DNA from: an uncultured delta proteobacterium | GTDB taxonomy: Bacteria > Desulfobacterota > Binatia > Binatales > Binataceae | Length of the DNA stretch: 64,000 bases | Direction: 5' to 3' | Assembly (NCBI GenBank): GCA_963794325.1 | Contig: CAWCDG010000002.1 | Span: 256,001 to 320,000, forward strand | Shown: positions 9,837-19,313 of the stretch, piece after piece | How positions within the stretch are numbered: the stretch's first letter is position 1 | Layout: each line of letters opens with the position of its first letter | Position numbers and translations under genes: made by a program | Notes under the pieces: model-generated | What the model was told of the DNA's origin: nothing | Seen by the model: only the letters and a program-made list of their open reading frames with translations | The model's database searches: none

Positions 9837-10796
9837 ATGTTGATCCGTTTCTGGGGAAGTCGCGGCTCGATTCCAGCGCCACTCGGATACCGTGCCGTTC
9901 AAACCAAGATCCGCGAAGCGCTCCTCGCCGCGCGCGGCCATCAACTGGACAGTCCCGAAGCGATAGAAAGGTTCATCGCGACCGAACTCCCGTTCTCGAC
10001 CAGCGGCACCTATGGCGGCAATTCGAGCTGCGTCGAGATCGAAGCGGGTGGCGACGAGTATGTGCTGTGCGACGTCGGCTCAGGGGTGCGCGAGTTCGGA
10101 AACGCGTTGATCGCGAAGCATGGTCCTGCGAAGAAATCCCGCTTCAACGTATTCCTGTCGCATACCCATTGGGACCACATCATGGGGTTCCCATTTTTCA
10201 CCCCGTCATACATTCCCGGCAACGTGATCCGCATTCACGGGTGCCACAAAGCGATGCGCGACGTTTTCATCCGGCAGCAATCAAATCCCTGCTTTCCAAT
10301 CGACTTCCGATCACTCGGCGCGACCATCGAATTCGTCGAGCTGGAACCGGGGCGCACCTACCAGATCGACGGCCTGTCGGTCACGCCGATCCGGCAGAAC
10401 CATCCGAGCGATTCCTATGGCTTTCGATTCACAAAAGATGGCAAGTCGATGGTTTACTCGACCGACTCCGAGCACAAGTTCGACGTTCTCACCGAGAACT
10501 ATCCGTTCGTCGAGTTTTTCCGCAACGCCGACTTGCTGATCTTCGACGCGCAGTATTCGCTCGCAGATCAGATTTCGGTCAAAGAGGATTGGGGGCATTC
10601 GAGCAACATGATCGCGGTCGAACTCGCGCAACTGGCGGGCGTGAAGCATCTGGTGATGTACCATCACGAGCCTGTGTTCGACGACAAAATGATCGAGAAG
10701 GTGCTCGGCGAGACGCGCCGCTACGTGGAAATCAATGAGTACCCGCAGAAGCTGATCGTCAGCTCTGCATATGACGGACTCGAGATTGTCATCTGA
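9837..10796 (+). CDS. MBL-fold metallo-hydrolase (putative phosphodiesterase)
   Basis: FWGSRGSIP, GGNSSCV, SHTHWDHIMG, DAQY, WGHS and HHEP motifs. Confidence 0.9.
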   Translation: MLIRFWGSRGSIPAPLGYRAVQTKIREALLAARGHQLDSPEAIERFIATELPFSTSGTYGGNSSCVEIEAGGDEYVLCDVGSGVREFGNALIAKHGPAKKSRFNVFLSHTHWDHIMGFPFFTPSYIPGNVIRIHGCHKAMRDVFIRQQSNPCFPIDFRSLGATIEFVELEPGRTYQIDGLSVTPIRQNHPSDSYGFRFTKDGKSMVYSTDSEHKFDVLTENYPFVEFFRNADLLIFDAQYSLADQISVKEDWGHSSNMIAVELAQLAGVKHLVMYHHEPVFDDKMIEKVLGETRRYVEINEYPQKLIVSSAYDGLEIVI

Positions 10797-12942
10797 GGAC
10801 AAGTCCGAGACACGGTCAGAACGGCCGCTGAACTGGTCGCGCAGATTGTTCGCGGCGCCCGGACGCGCCCCAGCGCTGGCGGTCCTGGCGATGCTCATGA
10901 TTGTGCGCGCGCTCGATCCGGCCGTCGTGCAAAGCCTCCGGCTGCGCGGCTTTGATTTTCTCGAACAGCTTGCGCCACGCAAATATCAGCCGCTTCCGGT
11001 CGGCATCGTCGCGATCGACGACAAGAGTCTCACTCGATATGGACAATGGCCGTGGTCGCGCGCCCGCCTCGCACAACTGGTCGACAAGATCGCGGCGGGC
11101 AAACCAAGCGTGCTCGGCGTCGACATTATCTTCGCCGAGCCCGACCGTCTTTCACCAGGCCGGTTAGTCGAATCCGATCCGGAAATTCCGGCACCGCTGG
11201 CCAACGAGCTCTCCCGTCTGCCGACGCATGAATCCGTGCTCGCCGATGCGCTCCGCAAGGTGCCGACGGTGTTGGCAGTTGGAGTCAGTGACGAGCCGCG
11301 CGCTCACGAAGCACCCTCGCGGGTTACGATGGTGCTCGAAGCGGGCGGCAATCCGCGCCCGTTCCTTTTCACTCATCCGGAATTACTGCGCAACATGCCG
11401 GAGATCGCGTCGGCGGAGCAAGGGCAGGGTAGTGTCGACATGGAACCGGATCGCGATGGCGTCACTCGCCGCGTACCGTTGTTCATCTCGGCGGAAGGCC
11501 GGCTGGTGCCAAACCTTGCGCTCGAGATGCTGCGGGTAGGCTCGGGCGCGGGCGCTGTGGGAATCGTGAGTGGAAGTGAAGGTGTGCGAGGCGGCAGGCT
11601 CGGCGCACTCTTCCTTCCGACCGATAGCCGCGGACGCATCTACCCGTATTTCACACTGTCGTACCGCGCCCGCTACATCTCGGCTGCTGACGTGCTCGAC
11701 GGGACCTACGACACGAATCGGCTGCAAGGTGCCGCGGTGTTGTTGGGGTCCAGCGCACTCGGATTGACGGACGAGGATCAGACGCCCCTCGGCCTGATGC
11801 CCGGAGTCGAGGTGTGGGCGCAATCGCTGGAATCGATGCTGACCGGGAATCTGCTCCGCCGTCCGGCGTTTCTGAACAAGGTCGAGATCGCAATCGTGCT
11901 AGTCGCCGGACTGGTCATCATCTTCGCGTTGCCTTACGAGAGCCCGCGAACCGCCGCCGCTGTATTTCTTTGCATCGTCGCAATCCTCTTCGCTTCGGCG
12001 CTGGCGAGTTTCAAATTCTCAAAGTTGCTGCTCGACGGCATCTATCCCGCATTGTCGTCGACGCTCGTCTTCGGCGTCATGTTGTCGGAGAACTTGCGCG
12101 TGGCGGAGGCGGGGCGCCGGCGGCTCGCGTCGGAGCTTCAGCACGAGCGTGAAATGGAAGCGCGCCTCGACGGCGAGCTGAACGCTGCGCGATCAATCCA
12201 GCTTGGCCTGCTCCCGCGGCATTTCCCGGGTCCGCCCGAGCACCGCGACGTCGAGGTCTTCGCCTCCATCGAGCCGGCGCGAATGGTTGGCGGCGACCTT
12301 TACGATTTCGTGTTGCTCGATTCCGAACATCTTTCGTTCGCGATTGCCGACGTCTCGGGCAAGGGTGTCCCGGCCGCATTGTTCATGGCGATGACTAAAG
12401 AGGTGTTGCACACCGCGACACTGCGTTATCGGAACGCGCTCGATCGCGTGTTCATCGAGGCGAACGCCAAGATTTCAGCCGCGAGCGAGGAACTGGGCGC
12501 AGGCGGCGCCAATATGATGTTCGTGACCGTCTTCGCCGGAATCCTCGACCTCTCGACGGGCATGCTCGTTTACGTAAATGCCGGCCACGATTCACCGTTC
12601 GTGATGCGCGCAGGAAGTGAGCCTGAGAATTTCCCGCTCGCGGGCGGGCCGCCACTTGGTACGGTTGACGACTTTCAGTATTCGATTGAACAGCGTCAGC
12701 TCGCACCTGGAGAGATGATACTCGCCTACACGGATGGGGTGACTGAGGCCCAGGATACGAGCCATGCGCTGTATTCCGGCGCGCGCCTCGAGCATTTGCT
12801 CGTGTCGGCCCCGATGACGACTGCGAAGGCGGTAATCGATTTCGTGCGCGACGATATTCGCCGCTTCGCCGCCGGCGCCGAGCAGGCCGACGACATTACG
12901 ATGCTGGCAGTGCGATGGCTTGGGCCAGATTCCGCCGGCTGA
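10771..12942 (+). CDS. CHASE2 sensor with PP2C/SpoIIE (RsbU-like) phosphatase
   Basis: IDDKSL..GQWPWSR and PDRDGVTRRVPL (CHASE2); TM helices; VGGDLYD, DVSGKGVPAA, YTDGVTEA and DDIT (SpoIIE). Confidence 0.92.
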   Translation: MTDSRLSSEDKSETRSERPLNWSRRLFAAPGRAPALAVLAMLMIVRALDPAVVQSLRLRGFDFLEQLAPRKYQPLPVGIVAIDDKSLTRYGQWPWSRARLAQLVDKIAAGKPSVLGVDIIFAEPDRLSPGRLVESDPEIPAPLANELSRLPTHESVLADALRKVPTVLAVGVSDEPRAHEAPSRVTMVLEAGGNPRPFLFTHPELLRNMPEIASAEQGQGSVDMEPDRDGVTRRVPLFISAEGRLVPNLALEMLRVGSGAGAVGIVSGSEGVRGGRLGALFLPTDSRGRIYPYFTLSYRARYISAADVLDGTYDTNRLQGAAVLLGSSALGLTDEDQTPLGLMPGVEVWAQSLESMLTGNLLRRPAFLNKVEIAIVLVAGLVIIFALPYESPRTAAAVFLCIVAILFASALASFKFSKLLLDGIYPALSSTLVFGVMLSENLRVAEAGRRRLASELQHEREMEARLDGELNAARSIQLGLLPRHFPGPPEHRDVEVFASIEPARMVGGDLYDFVLLDSEHLSFAIADVSGKGVPAALFMAMTKEVLHTATLRYRNALDRVFIEANAKISAASEELGAGGANMMFVTVFAGILDLSTGMLVYVNAGHDSPFVMRAGSEPENFPLAGGPPLGTVDDFQYSIEQRQLAPGEMILAYTDGVTEAQDTSHALYSGARLEHLLVSAPMTTAKAVIDFVRDDIRRFAAGAEQADDITMLAVRWLGPDSAG

Positions 12943-13527
12943 TCAGCGCACGGTGATCTCGACGCGCCGATTTCGCGGTTCCGCAACCTGATCGGCCGTC
13001 GGCACCGCAAGGTCCAACTGCCCGCGGCCGGCAACCGAGATCGATTTCGGATTCAGTCCGTCGCGCACCAACCGATCGCGAATCATGTCCGCACGGCTCA
13101 TCGAGAGTTGCTGATTGTGCGGCGGGTTGCCGAGCGTGTCGGTATGCCCGATCACCTCGACCTCGTACACCGGCCGGCGCTTGATATCCGCGAACACGGC
13201 CTGGTACTGACGCTGCGAGTCGGGCGTGAGAGTGTTGCTGTCCTTTTCAAAATAGAGCACGAAGTGGCTGGGCAGGATTGGCTGCGCGGCGAGCGCGTTG
13301 CCGAAGATCTGCTGCACCTGCGCCTGATCGACCTTCACCGGCGCAGCGACGCCGCCGCGCACCTCTCCAGCCGCGTAGGGCTGATCCAGCACCACCGATT
13401 TCTGTCCGTCCTCGATCGTGACTGCACCCGAGCTGCCGTCCGGATTAGGCAGGACAACGAATAGCGACTGGCGGCTGGAACACGACGCCAGCACAAGGAG
13501 AGCCATTAGCGGTACGATGCGGCGCAT
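12943..13527 (-). CDS. OmpA-family peptidoglycan-binding lipoprotein
   Basis: Lipobox LASC; GHTD..G...NQQLSMSRA and NRRVEI motifs. Confidence 0.9.
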   Translation of the reverse strand: MRRIVPLMALLVLASCSSRQSLFVVLPNPDGSSGAVTIEDGQKSVVLDQPYAAGEVRGGVAAPVKVDQAQVQQIFGNALAAQPILPSHFVLYFEKDSNTLTPDSQRQYQAVFADIKRRPVYEVEVIGHTDTLGNPPHNQQLSMSRADMIRDRLVRDGLNPKSISVAGRGQLDLAVPTADQVAEPRNRRVEITVR

Positions 13528-13529
13528 GA

Positions 13530-14006
13530 TCAATGGTTGTCTTTGACTTCGATTACAAAGCGGGTGCCGCGCACGCCGAGAATCGCGGTTGGCGTCTTGA
13601 CCTTCATTGCACCGGGCGTGCTGCGGGCGATATCGCCGGAAATCATCGAGATGGTGCCGCGGTTCATATCGGTGAGCATCGAGCCTTTGAAATTGCTCGA
13701 GTTGAATTTGTAATCCTCGAGAACGATTTGGCTGTTGGGCCCGCCCGACATCACGGTATTGTCGATAAACGTGATTCCGATCGCGCCGTCGGCACCGGTC
13801 TCAATCGTGTCCCTCTCGTAGAGTGGATCACCGACCCGCGCCGCGCTGCGTGCGCCGTTGCGGACAATCTCGGCCTGGCCGGAAACGGTTTTGATCTGCG
13901 CCACCTGAGAATTGTCCGCTTTCGCGGCGGAGGCGGAGAGCGCAAGGATTGTCACGATGAAGACGAGACTGATGGCGAGGCGCAAAGCGCGAGTCATGGA
14001 ATTCAT
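13530..14006 (-). CDS. FecR-domain periplasmic protein
   Basis: Signal peptide; GDPLYERDTIETG and VKTPTAILGVRGTRF motifs. Confidence 0.88.
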   Translation of the reverse strand: MNSMTRALRLAISLVFIVTILALSASAAKADNSQVAQIKTVSGQAEIVRNGARSAARVGDPLYERDTIETGADGAIGITFIDNTVMSGGPNSQIVLEDYKFNSSNFKGSMLTDMNRGTISMISGDIARSTPGAMKVKTPTAILGVRGTRFVIEVKDNH

Positions 14007-14138
14007 TTGGTCTCCATCACGAGATCCTGGCGCGATCCGGCGTGCAGATTATCGCCGCGAGGCTTCAGAAGCGAGCCGTGGCAACCGCCAGCCGAGGCCG
14101 ATAATCTGGTTTACGAGGACTAGCAGGCCTACCAACAG

Positions 14139-14564
14139 ATGCAATCCCGACTGATCGTACAAGCCGATTCCGCCGCGATGCGCCAGGTGGATGCTTTTGT
14201 TGCCGCTTTCGTCACGGAACAAGGAATCGCTGCCGATGAGGCGGCTCGCATTCTGATTTTGCTCGAAGAGCTGATCACCAACCTGATGAAATATGGATAT
14301 CCGGATCGAGCGGAGTCGGGGCGGGCCGAGATAGTGCTCGCTCTCGATGGCAGCCGGTTGGAGATCGAGTTTATCGACGACGGTTGCGAATTCGATCCCT
14401 TCGCAGGGCCGCCGCCGAACCTCGACGTGGCGCTCGAAGAAAAGCCAGTCGGCGGACTGGGTCTCCACATCCTGCGCTCGCTGACCGACGAGGCGCGTTA
14501 CGAGCGCCGCAACGACACCAACGTGATTCGCCTGTCACGAATTGTTGCTAGCAGGATCTCCTAA
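14139..14564 (+). CDS. RsbW-like anti-sigma factor/Ser kinase (HATPase_c_2)
   Basis: LEELITNLMKYGY, DDGCEFDP and GGLGLHI motifs. Confidence 0.9.
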   Translation: MQSRLIVQADSAAMRQVDAFVAAFVTEQGIAADEAARILILLEELITNLMKYGYPDRAESGRAEIVLALDGSRLEIEFIDDGCEFDPFAGPPPNLDVALEEKPVGGLGLHILRSLTDEARYERRNDTNVIRLSRIVASRIS

Positions 14565-14623
14565 CGCCAGGACTGGCTCGAGCTGCCGCTCGCCTGCTTG
14601 GTTTTGATGCTAGAATGTATTCC

Positions 14624-14791
14624 ATGAGAAAAACCGCTCCTCTTCGTCGTCCTGATTTCCTGGCCCGCCTGCACGCAATCTACGGCCTCAGGACGCTCAA
14701 GGTGAGCGGTGCGGAACTGCTGAAGCAGGAGCGCGACCGGTATCGAGGGTATACACCGACACCAGGTTCCGAGCGCCGCAAGGATCGTTAA
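14624..14791 (+). CDS. Small 55-aa ORF resembling the C-terminal part of a type II antitoxin (orphan)
   Basis: Hand translation MRKTAPLRRPDFLARLHAIYGLRTLKVSGAELLKQERDRY...; extended -10 TGcTAGAAT ends 7 nt before the ATG. Below the ORF-track cutoff. Confidence 0.45.
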   Translation: MRKTAPLRRPDFLARLHAIYGLRTLKVSGAELLKQERDRYRGYTPTPGSERRKDR

Positions 14792-14963
14792 GTGTGTCAG
14801 GGGTTAATCGGCAGAGTCCTTTTACTGCCGGGCGCATTCGAGGAAAAAGAGTGTTCCGGAGTCGCCACAGGAGTGGCTTATTAGCGCGAAATCAAGAACG
14901 GTAACGAAATCCGGAAAAGGCCGGTGGTTCGAGCATCGCCACGAAACCCTGCTGCCGTTCCCG

Positions 14964-15269
14964 ATGTTCCTGAGGCGCGTCGCGCGATGGACTGCGCTGG
15001 CAATCGCCGTCATCTTGGTTTCGCTCGCAGTCGGCGTATGCGGCTACCACTATCTCGACGGACTTCCGTGGATCGATTCGCTGCTCAACGCATCGATGAT
15101 TCTCGGCGGAATGGGTCCAGTTGATCCGCTCAAGACTAACGCCGGAAAAATCTTCGCGTCAGCGTATGCGCTCTACAGCGGCCTGGCGTTGATCGCGGTG
15201 GTCGGACTGATGCTGACGCCGATCATCCATCGGGTGATGCACCAGTTTCACATGCAGTACAAGGAATAG
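14964..15269 (+). CDS. Small two-TM membrane protein (ion-channel-like fold); true start may be upstream
   Basis: TM-GYHYL..WIDSLLNASMILGGMGP..AGKIFASAYALYSG-TM. Confidence 0.7.
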   Translation: MFLRRVARWTALAIAVILVSLAVGVCGYHYLDGLPWIDSLLNASMILGGMGPVDPLKTNAGKIFASAYALYSGLALIAVVGLMLTPIIHRVMHQFHMQYKE

Positions 15270-15296
15270 ACGGCGGCCGCTTTTGGGCCGCCGTCT
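15268..15296. terminator. Hairpin between convergent genes
   Basis: agacggcggcc...ggccgccgtct stem. Confidence 0.55.
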
Positions 15297-15314
15297 CTCA
15301 TCGTCGATCGAATA

Positions 15315-15665
15315 TCAATACGGTGCGCTTTTCGGCGACGCCATCGCTTTATCGGCGGCGCTGAGCGGAAAGTCCTCTCCCTTCTTCAGCTTGGCCATCA
15401 GGTCTTTGATCTCATCAATTTTTTTGTCGTAGGTGGCCTGCGTCAGCGGCTCCTGCGACCATCCTGCACGCGCGATCTTGTCGTGCTTCTTCGCTTCCGC
15501 GAGCTTTTTCATCAGCGCGTCCTTGTCGGCCGCCGACAGGCTCGACGCCATCGCCTCGGTCGCCATCGCCCCCGGCGCCTGCGCAAACGACACCCCATTG
15601 TGAAGCGGTGCACCAATTCCGGCTATTGCGATCAAAGCTACGATCGCGGTCTTCCGCATGCCCAT
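15315..15665 (-). CDS. Secreted helical hypothetical protein
   Basis: Signal peptide MRKTAIVALIAIAG..SFA; AGGAG RBS. Confidence 0.7.
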   Translation of the reverse strand: MGMRKTAIVALIAIAGIGAPLHNGVSFAQAPGAMATEAMASSLSAADKDALMKKLAEAKKHDKIARAGWSQEPLTQATYDKKIDEIKDLMAKLKKGEDFPLSAADKAMASPKSAPY

Positions 15666-15813
15666 GATTTCTCCTTCCTCCCGTTGGTAGCGTCCGAAAA
15701 GTGGCCGCACCAGTGCGTCTGTCTGCCAAACCAACGTTACCGAGGGATTAACGGCTGGTTGACGAAGAGTGAATTAGTACGCTGTTAGGCAACGCGCAGC
15801 TATTGTGATACGT

Positions 15814-15825
15814 ATCTAATTAGAT
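15814..15825. promoter_or_regulatory. Palindromic operator candidate upstream of the ArsR gene
   Basis: Perfect palindrome ATCTAATTAGAT; related gcgtaattagacgc near 16503. Confidence 0.45.
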
Positions 15826-15854
15826 TCAGGTCGAAATAGTTGGAGCCGCAGACA

Positions 15855-16442
15855 ATGGAATCGCAACCGCCCGAAATCATGCTCAAGTTCAGCAAGGCGA
15901 TGGCTGACGAGAGCCGTCTCAAGATAATCGGCCTCCTCTCGACTGCCGAGCACAGCGTCCAGCAGCTCGCGGCGATGCTCGGGCTAAAGGAGCCGACCGT
16001 CTCACATCATCTTGGAGTATTGAAGCAACTCGACCTGGTAAAACTGCGCGCCGATGGAAACTTTCGTTGGTATCGCTTGAATGAAGAGGAGCTCGGACGG
16101 ATCAGCCGCGCCGTTTTCAGCCGCGACAGCATCGCAAAATTGGCCATATCAGCCGGGGCGCGCGATTCAGATCGAAAAGTTCTGGACAACTTTGTCGACG
16201 GCGAGCGCCTCCTCGAAATTCCGGTCAGCTACAAGAAGCGATTAGTAATCCTGAAGTGGCTGGCTTGTTCCTTCGAGCCGGACATTAGCTATACCGAGGC
16301 GCAGGTGAACGGCATTCTCAAGCTGCATCATCATGATTGCGCCACTTTGCGCCGTGAAATGATTGGATGCGCGATACTGGCACGGGACAAGGGTATATAC
16401 CGCCGCCGCCCGGAATCGGAATGGCGAACCGCTATCAAATAG
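15855..16442 (+). CDS. ArsR-family regulator with DUF2087 domain
   Basis: KAMADESRLKIIGLL..PTVSHHL; IPVSYKKR..YTEAQVN..DCATLRREMI. Confidence 0.88.
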   Translation: MESQPPEIMLKFSKAMADESRLKIIGLLSTAEHSVQQLAAMLGLKEPTVSHHLGVLKQLDLVKLRADGNFRWYRLNEEELGRISRAVFSRDSIAKLAISAGARDSDRKVLDNFVDGERLLEIPVSYKKRLVILKWLACSFEPDISYTEAQVNGILKLHHHDCATLRREMIGCAILARDKGIYRRRPESEWRTAIK

Positions 16443-16628
16443 CAGTTTTCGACTTGCGTAGGCCGGTGCCCTGCGAAACACAATAGGTAAAATTGTACCA
16501 AAGCGTAATTAGACGCATTGACATCCGCATCCGGTAGTTCTAATACCGAACCATCGGTGTGTAATTTTCACACGAGTGGCTGTTGGGGAACAAGCCAAAA
16601 AACGTTTCAACGTCTTACGGAGGTTCGA

Positions 16629-17942
16629 ATGCTTGGGATATTGGGGACTCGCGGCAAAACGTTAGTAGTCGGGGGCGTTGCATTGCTTGCCCTGGCGGCC
16701 ATGAGCCTGCCCGGAGAGGCAGGTGTCAAGCCCGGCGACTTCATCACCGTAACCAATTCGGCGCAGGTGAAGGATCTTGTTTCACCCGGCGTCTACTACA
16801 AAGTGCAACACGGGATGACGATGAAAATCGTCCCGACGTTGCGGGTCGACTGGCCGCCTCCGTACAAGGACGCGACCGAGAAATATTCCTCACAGGTTCA
16901 GCTTTCGAAGGATCATCGCACCGTCGTCGGCTACGTTGCCGGACAGCCGTTCCCTCTGATCGACGCGAACGATCCTGACGTTGCGACCAAAGTCGTATGG
17001 AACAACGTGTTCCGCCCGATCCAATCGGACGACTACGATCTGCGCTACTTCGACTGCGACACGGTTTACACCGGCGTCAACAAGCCGTTCTTTGAAATCG
17101 CCTACGGACAGCTCGGACACTACGCCGGCTACGATCTGGTCGGCCGTACAGAAGTCGAGCCGCTGCCGACCGATCCCGATTTCAAGAAGACCAACCGTCT
17201 GTGGCTGTTCCTGCTCGGCCCCGAGCTCGCGCCCCAGGACGCTCGAGGCACCAGCCTGCTCCGCTATCGTTATGCCGATCCGACGCATGGCGACGATACC
17301 TGGACCTGGCAAACCGGCTCGCGTCGGCTGCGCCGTCTGAACGAGGCGATCAATTCGAGCGCGACCGGCGCGCAGACCTGGGATCCCGACCACTACTCGG
17401 GCTTCAATCCCAAGACCGAACAATACAACTACAAGTTCCTCGGCGAGAAAGAGATGCTCGCGACGGTTGACGCCGAGCATTCACCGGAAGTGCGATGCGC
17501 CACCGATGGCGGCGCCAGTGCATGCCCCGAGCGTTGGCAGATGCGCCATATGTACATCGTGACGGCAGAGCCGCGGCGCAGCGTGAACAACGCATCGGCG
17601 CTGGATTCCAAGACCGTCATCTATATGGATTCAGAAATGTGGTTCGAGCCGTACATCGATACGTACGATCGTCGTGGCGAACTGTTCCGCAACCACATCT
17701 ACTGGCTGGCATATCGCGATCGGCCGGTTCCTGACGCGAAAGTCGCTATCTATCCTTTCAAGCGCGAATTCGTCGTCGGCGCCGCTTCGACTGACGTACA
17801 GAGCACCGAGGCAACGATGTGCTACCTGCCCGGTATCGAAACGCCAGAGCGTGAGTGCTGGTACATCAATATGGGCGCAGTGGACCGCGCGTTCTTCACC
17901 ACGGAAGCGATGGTGAAGATGTCGGAAGTCGGCCACATGTAG
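16629..17942 (+). CDS. DUF1329-family periplasmic protein (LolA-like fold)
   Basis: Signal peptide; YVAGQPFP..DP..ATKVVWN, P.DARG..LRYRY and W..GSRRLRR motifs. Confidence 0.8.
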   Translation: MLGILGTRGKTLVVGGVALLALAAMSLPGEAGVKPGDFITVTNSAQVKDLVSPGVYYKVQHGMTMKIVPTLRVDWPPPYKDATEKYSSQVQLSKDHRTVVGYVAGQPFPLIDANDPDVATKVVWNNVFRPIQSDDYDLRYFDCDTVYTGVNKPFFEIAYGQLGHYAGYDLVGRTEVEPLPTDPDFKKTNRLWLFLLGPELAPQDARGTSLLRYRYADPTHGDDTWTWQTGSRRLRRLNEAINSSATGAQTWDPDHYSGFNPKTEQYNYKFLGEKEMLATVDAEHSPEVRCATDGGASACPERWQMRHMYIVTAEPRRSVNNASALDSKTVIYMDSEMWFEPYIDTYDRRGELFRNHIYWLAYRDRPVPDAKVAIYPFKREFVVGAASTDVQSTEATMCYLPGIETPERECWYINMGAVDRAFFTTEAMVKMSEVGHM

Positions 17943-17959
17943 CCTGACGAACTGATTGC

Positions 17960-18003
17960 AAAAACGCCGGCAGGAGCATTCGCTCCTGCCGGCGTTTTCT
18001 TTT
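17960..18003. terminator. Bidirectional intrinsic terminator
   Basis: aaaacgccggcaggagc-attc-gctcctgccggcgtttt between convergent genes. Confidence 0.85.
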
Positions 18004-18101
18004 CCGGAATGCGCAACTGTTTCTGTGTATGGACCGGTTGAGCGATTTCAAAACCGACGCAATCCGCGTGAAATTCAGCTTCGCGTCGACTGACCGCGTA
18101 C

Positions 18102-18620
18102 CTACCTCAACAACAGGTACGCGGCGCCGCCTATCAGCACCAGCACGCCGGGATTCACGTGGCGCCATAGCAGGATTCCGAACACCACCAGCCCGATTGC
18201 GAGCGTCTGCACGTCTACGATCGACAGCCTCGCGATCGCGTAGGTTCCCGACGTCATCAGGCCTATCGCGACTGGCGCCAGCCCCCGCTGAATCGACGTG
18301 CGCCATGGCCATCCGCCGAGATGCACCCACCATCGATTGACGAACAACGTGATGATGCAGTCCGGCAGGAAGAATGCTATCCCGACAACCGCCATGCCGG
18401 CCCATCCGGCGAGCTTGTAGCCGATCACCAGCACCATCAACATGTTCGGGCCGGGCGCGACTTGGCCGATGCTGTAGATGCTGCGGAACTGCGCGTCGGT
18501 CAGCCAATGAAACGTATCCACCGTCATGTGCTGCATCTCGGGCAGCACCGCGGTGCCGCCTCCAACTGCAAGCACTGACAGCAGCGAGAAAACCAGAAAG
18601 AGATGTATCAATCGTGTCAT
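18102..18620 (-). CDS. chrA: Short-chain chromate ion transporter (CHR) subunit
   Basis: AVGGG and IGQVAPGPN motifs. Confidence 0.85.
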   Translation of the reverse strand: MTRLIHLFLVFSLLSVLAVGGGTAVLPEMQHMTVDTFHWLTDAQFRSIYSIGQVAPGPNMLMVLVIGYKLAGWAGMAVVGIAFFLPDCIITLFVNRWWVHLGGWPWRTSIQRGLAPVAIGLMTSGTYAIARLSIVDVQTLAIGLVVFGILLWRHVNPGVLVLIGGAAYLLLR

Positions 18621-18641
18621 GCGGGTTTGTATCTCGATTGC

Positions 18642-19313
18642 CTAATGACGAAACCAGTGATGGCGCGGGCCGCGATGAAACGGCAGGTGCTCGTCCTCGG
18701 CGCGCGGTTCAGAGACGTGCGGGCGGTACAGCCAAACCGATATCGGTCCAATACTCAACAGCACCACGAACAGAGGCACCTTGAGAAAGCTGACCGCGAG
18801 AAACGTCCCGATGATGATCGCGATGTCGGGAAGCTGTCGAAATTGCCGCCGCCCTATTTGCAGCGTCACCGCTGACAGCAGGCCGACCGCCGCGGCCGCG
18901 ATCCCCAGCAGGAAGCGCTTCACGTCGGGATTGTCGTGATTCGATTGATAAAGGATCCCGAGCATCATCACGACGATTGATCCCGGCAACAGCATCCCGA
19001 TTACCGACACTGCCGCGCCCGCGATGCCGCGCAGATTGTCGCCCATGATAATCGCCATGTTGACGGCGTTGAGCCCCGGCAACGTCTCGCTGATTTCCAT
19101 CGCGCCGAGAAAGCCTTCGTCGTCGAGCCATCCTTCTTCGCGCACGAGGTACTCGCGCAGATACGCGACGGCGCCGCCACCGAAGCTCAGCCCTCCCGCC
19201 AGCAGGAAGATCCTGAACAGCGTCAGCAAGCTCGGATGAAGATCGGGCTCACTCTTGGTGTTTGAGACTGGCGTTTCCGTATCCGTAGATAAGGGCGGTT
19301 TTGGTTGTTCCAC
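18642..19313 (-). CDS. chrA: Short-chain chromate ion transporter (CHR) subunit
   Basis: SFGGG and SETLPGLNAVN motifs. Confidence 0.85.
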   Translation of the reverse strand: MEQPKPPLSTDTETPVSNTKSEPDLHPSLLTLFRIFLLAGGLSFGGGAVAYLREYLVREEGWLDDEGFLGAMEISETLPGLNAVNMAIIMGDNLRGIAGAAVSVIGMLLPGSIVVMMLGILYQSNHDNPDVKRFLLGIAAAAVGLLSAVTLQIGRRQFRQLPDIAIIIGTFLAVSFLKVPLFVVLLSIGPISVWLYRPHVSEPRAEDEHLPFHRGPRHHWFRH

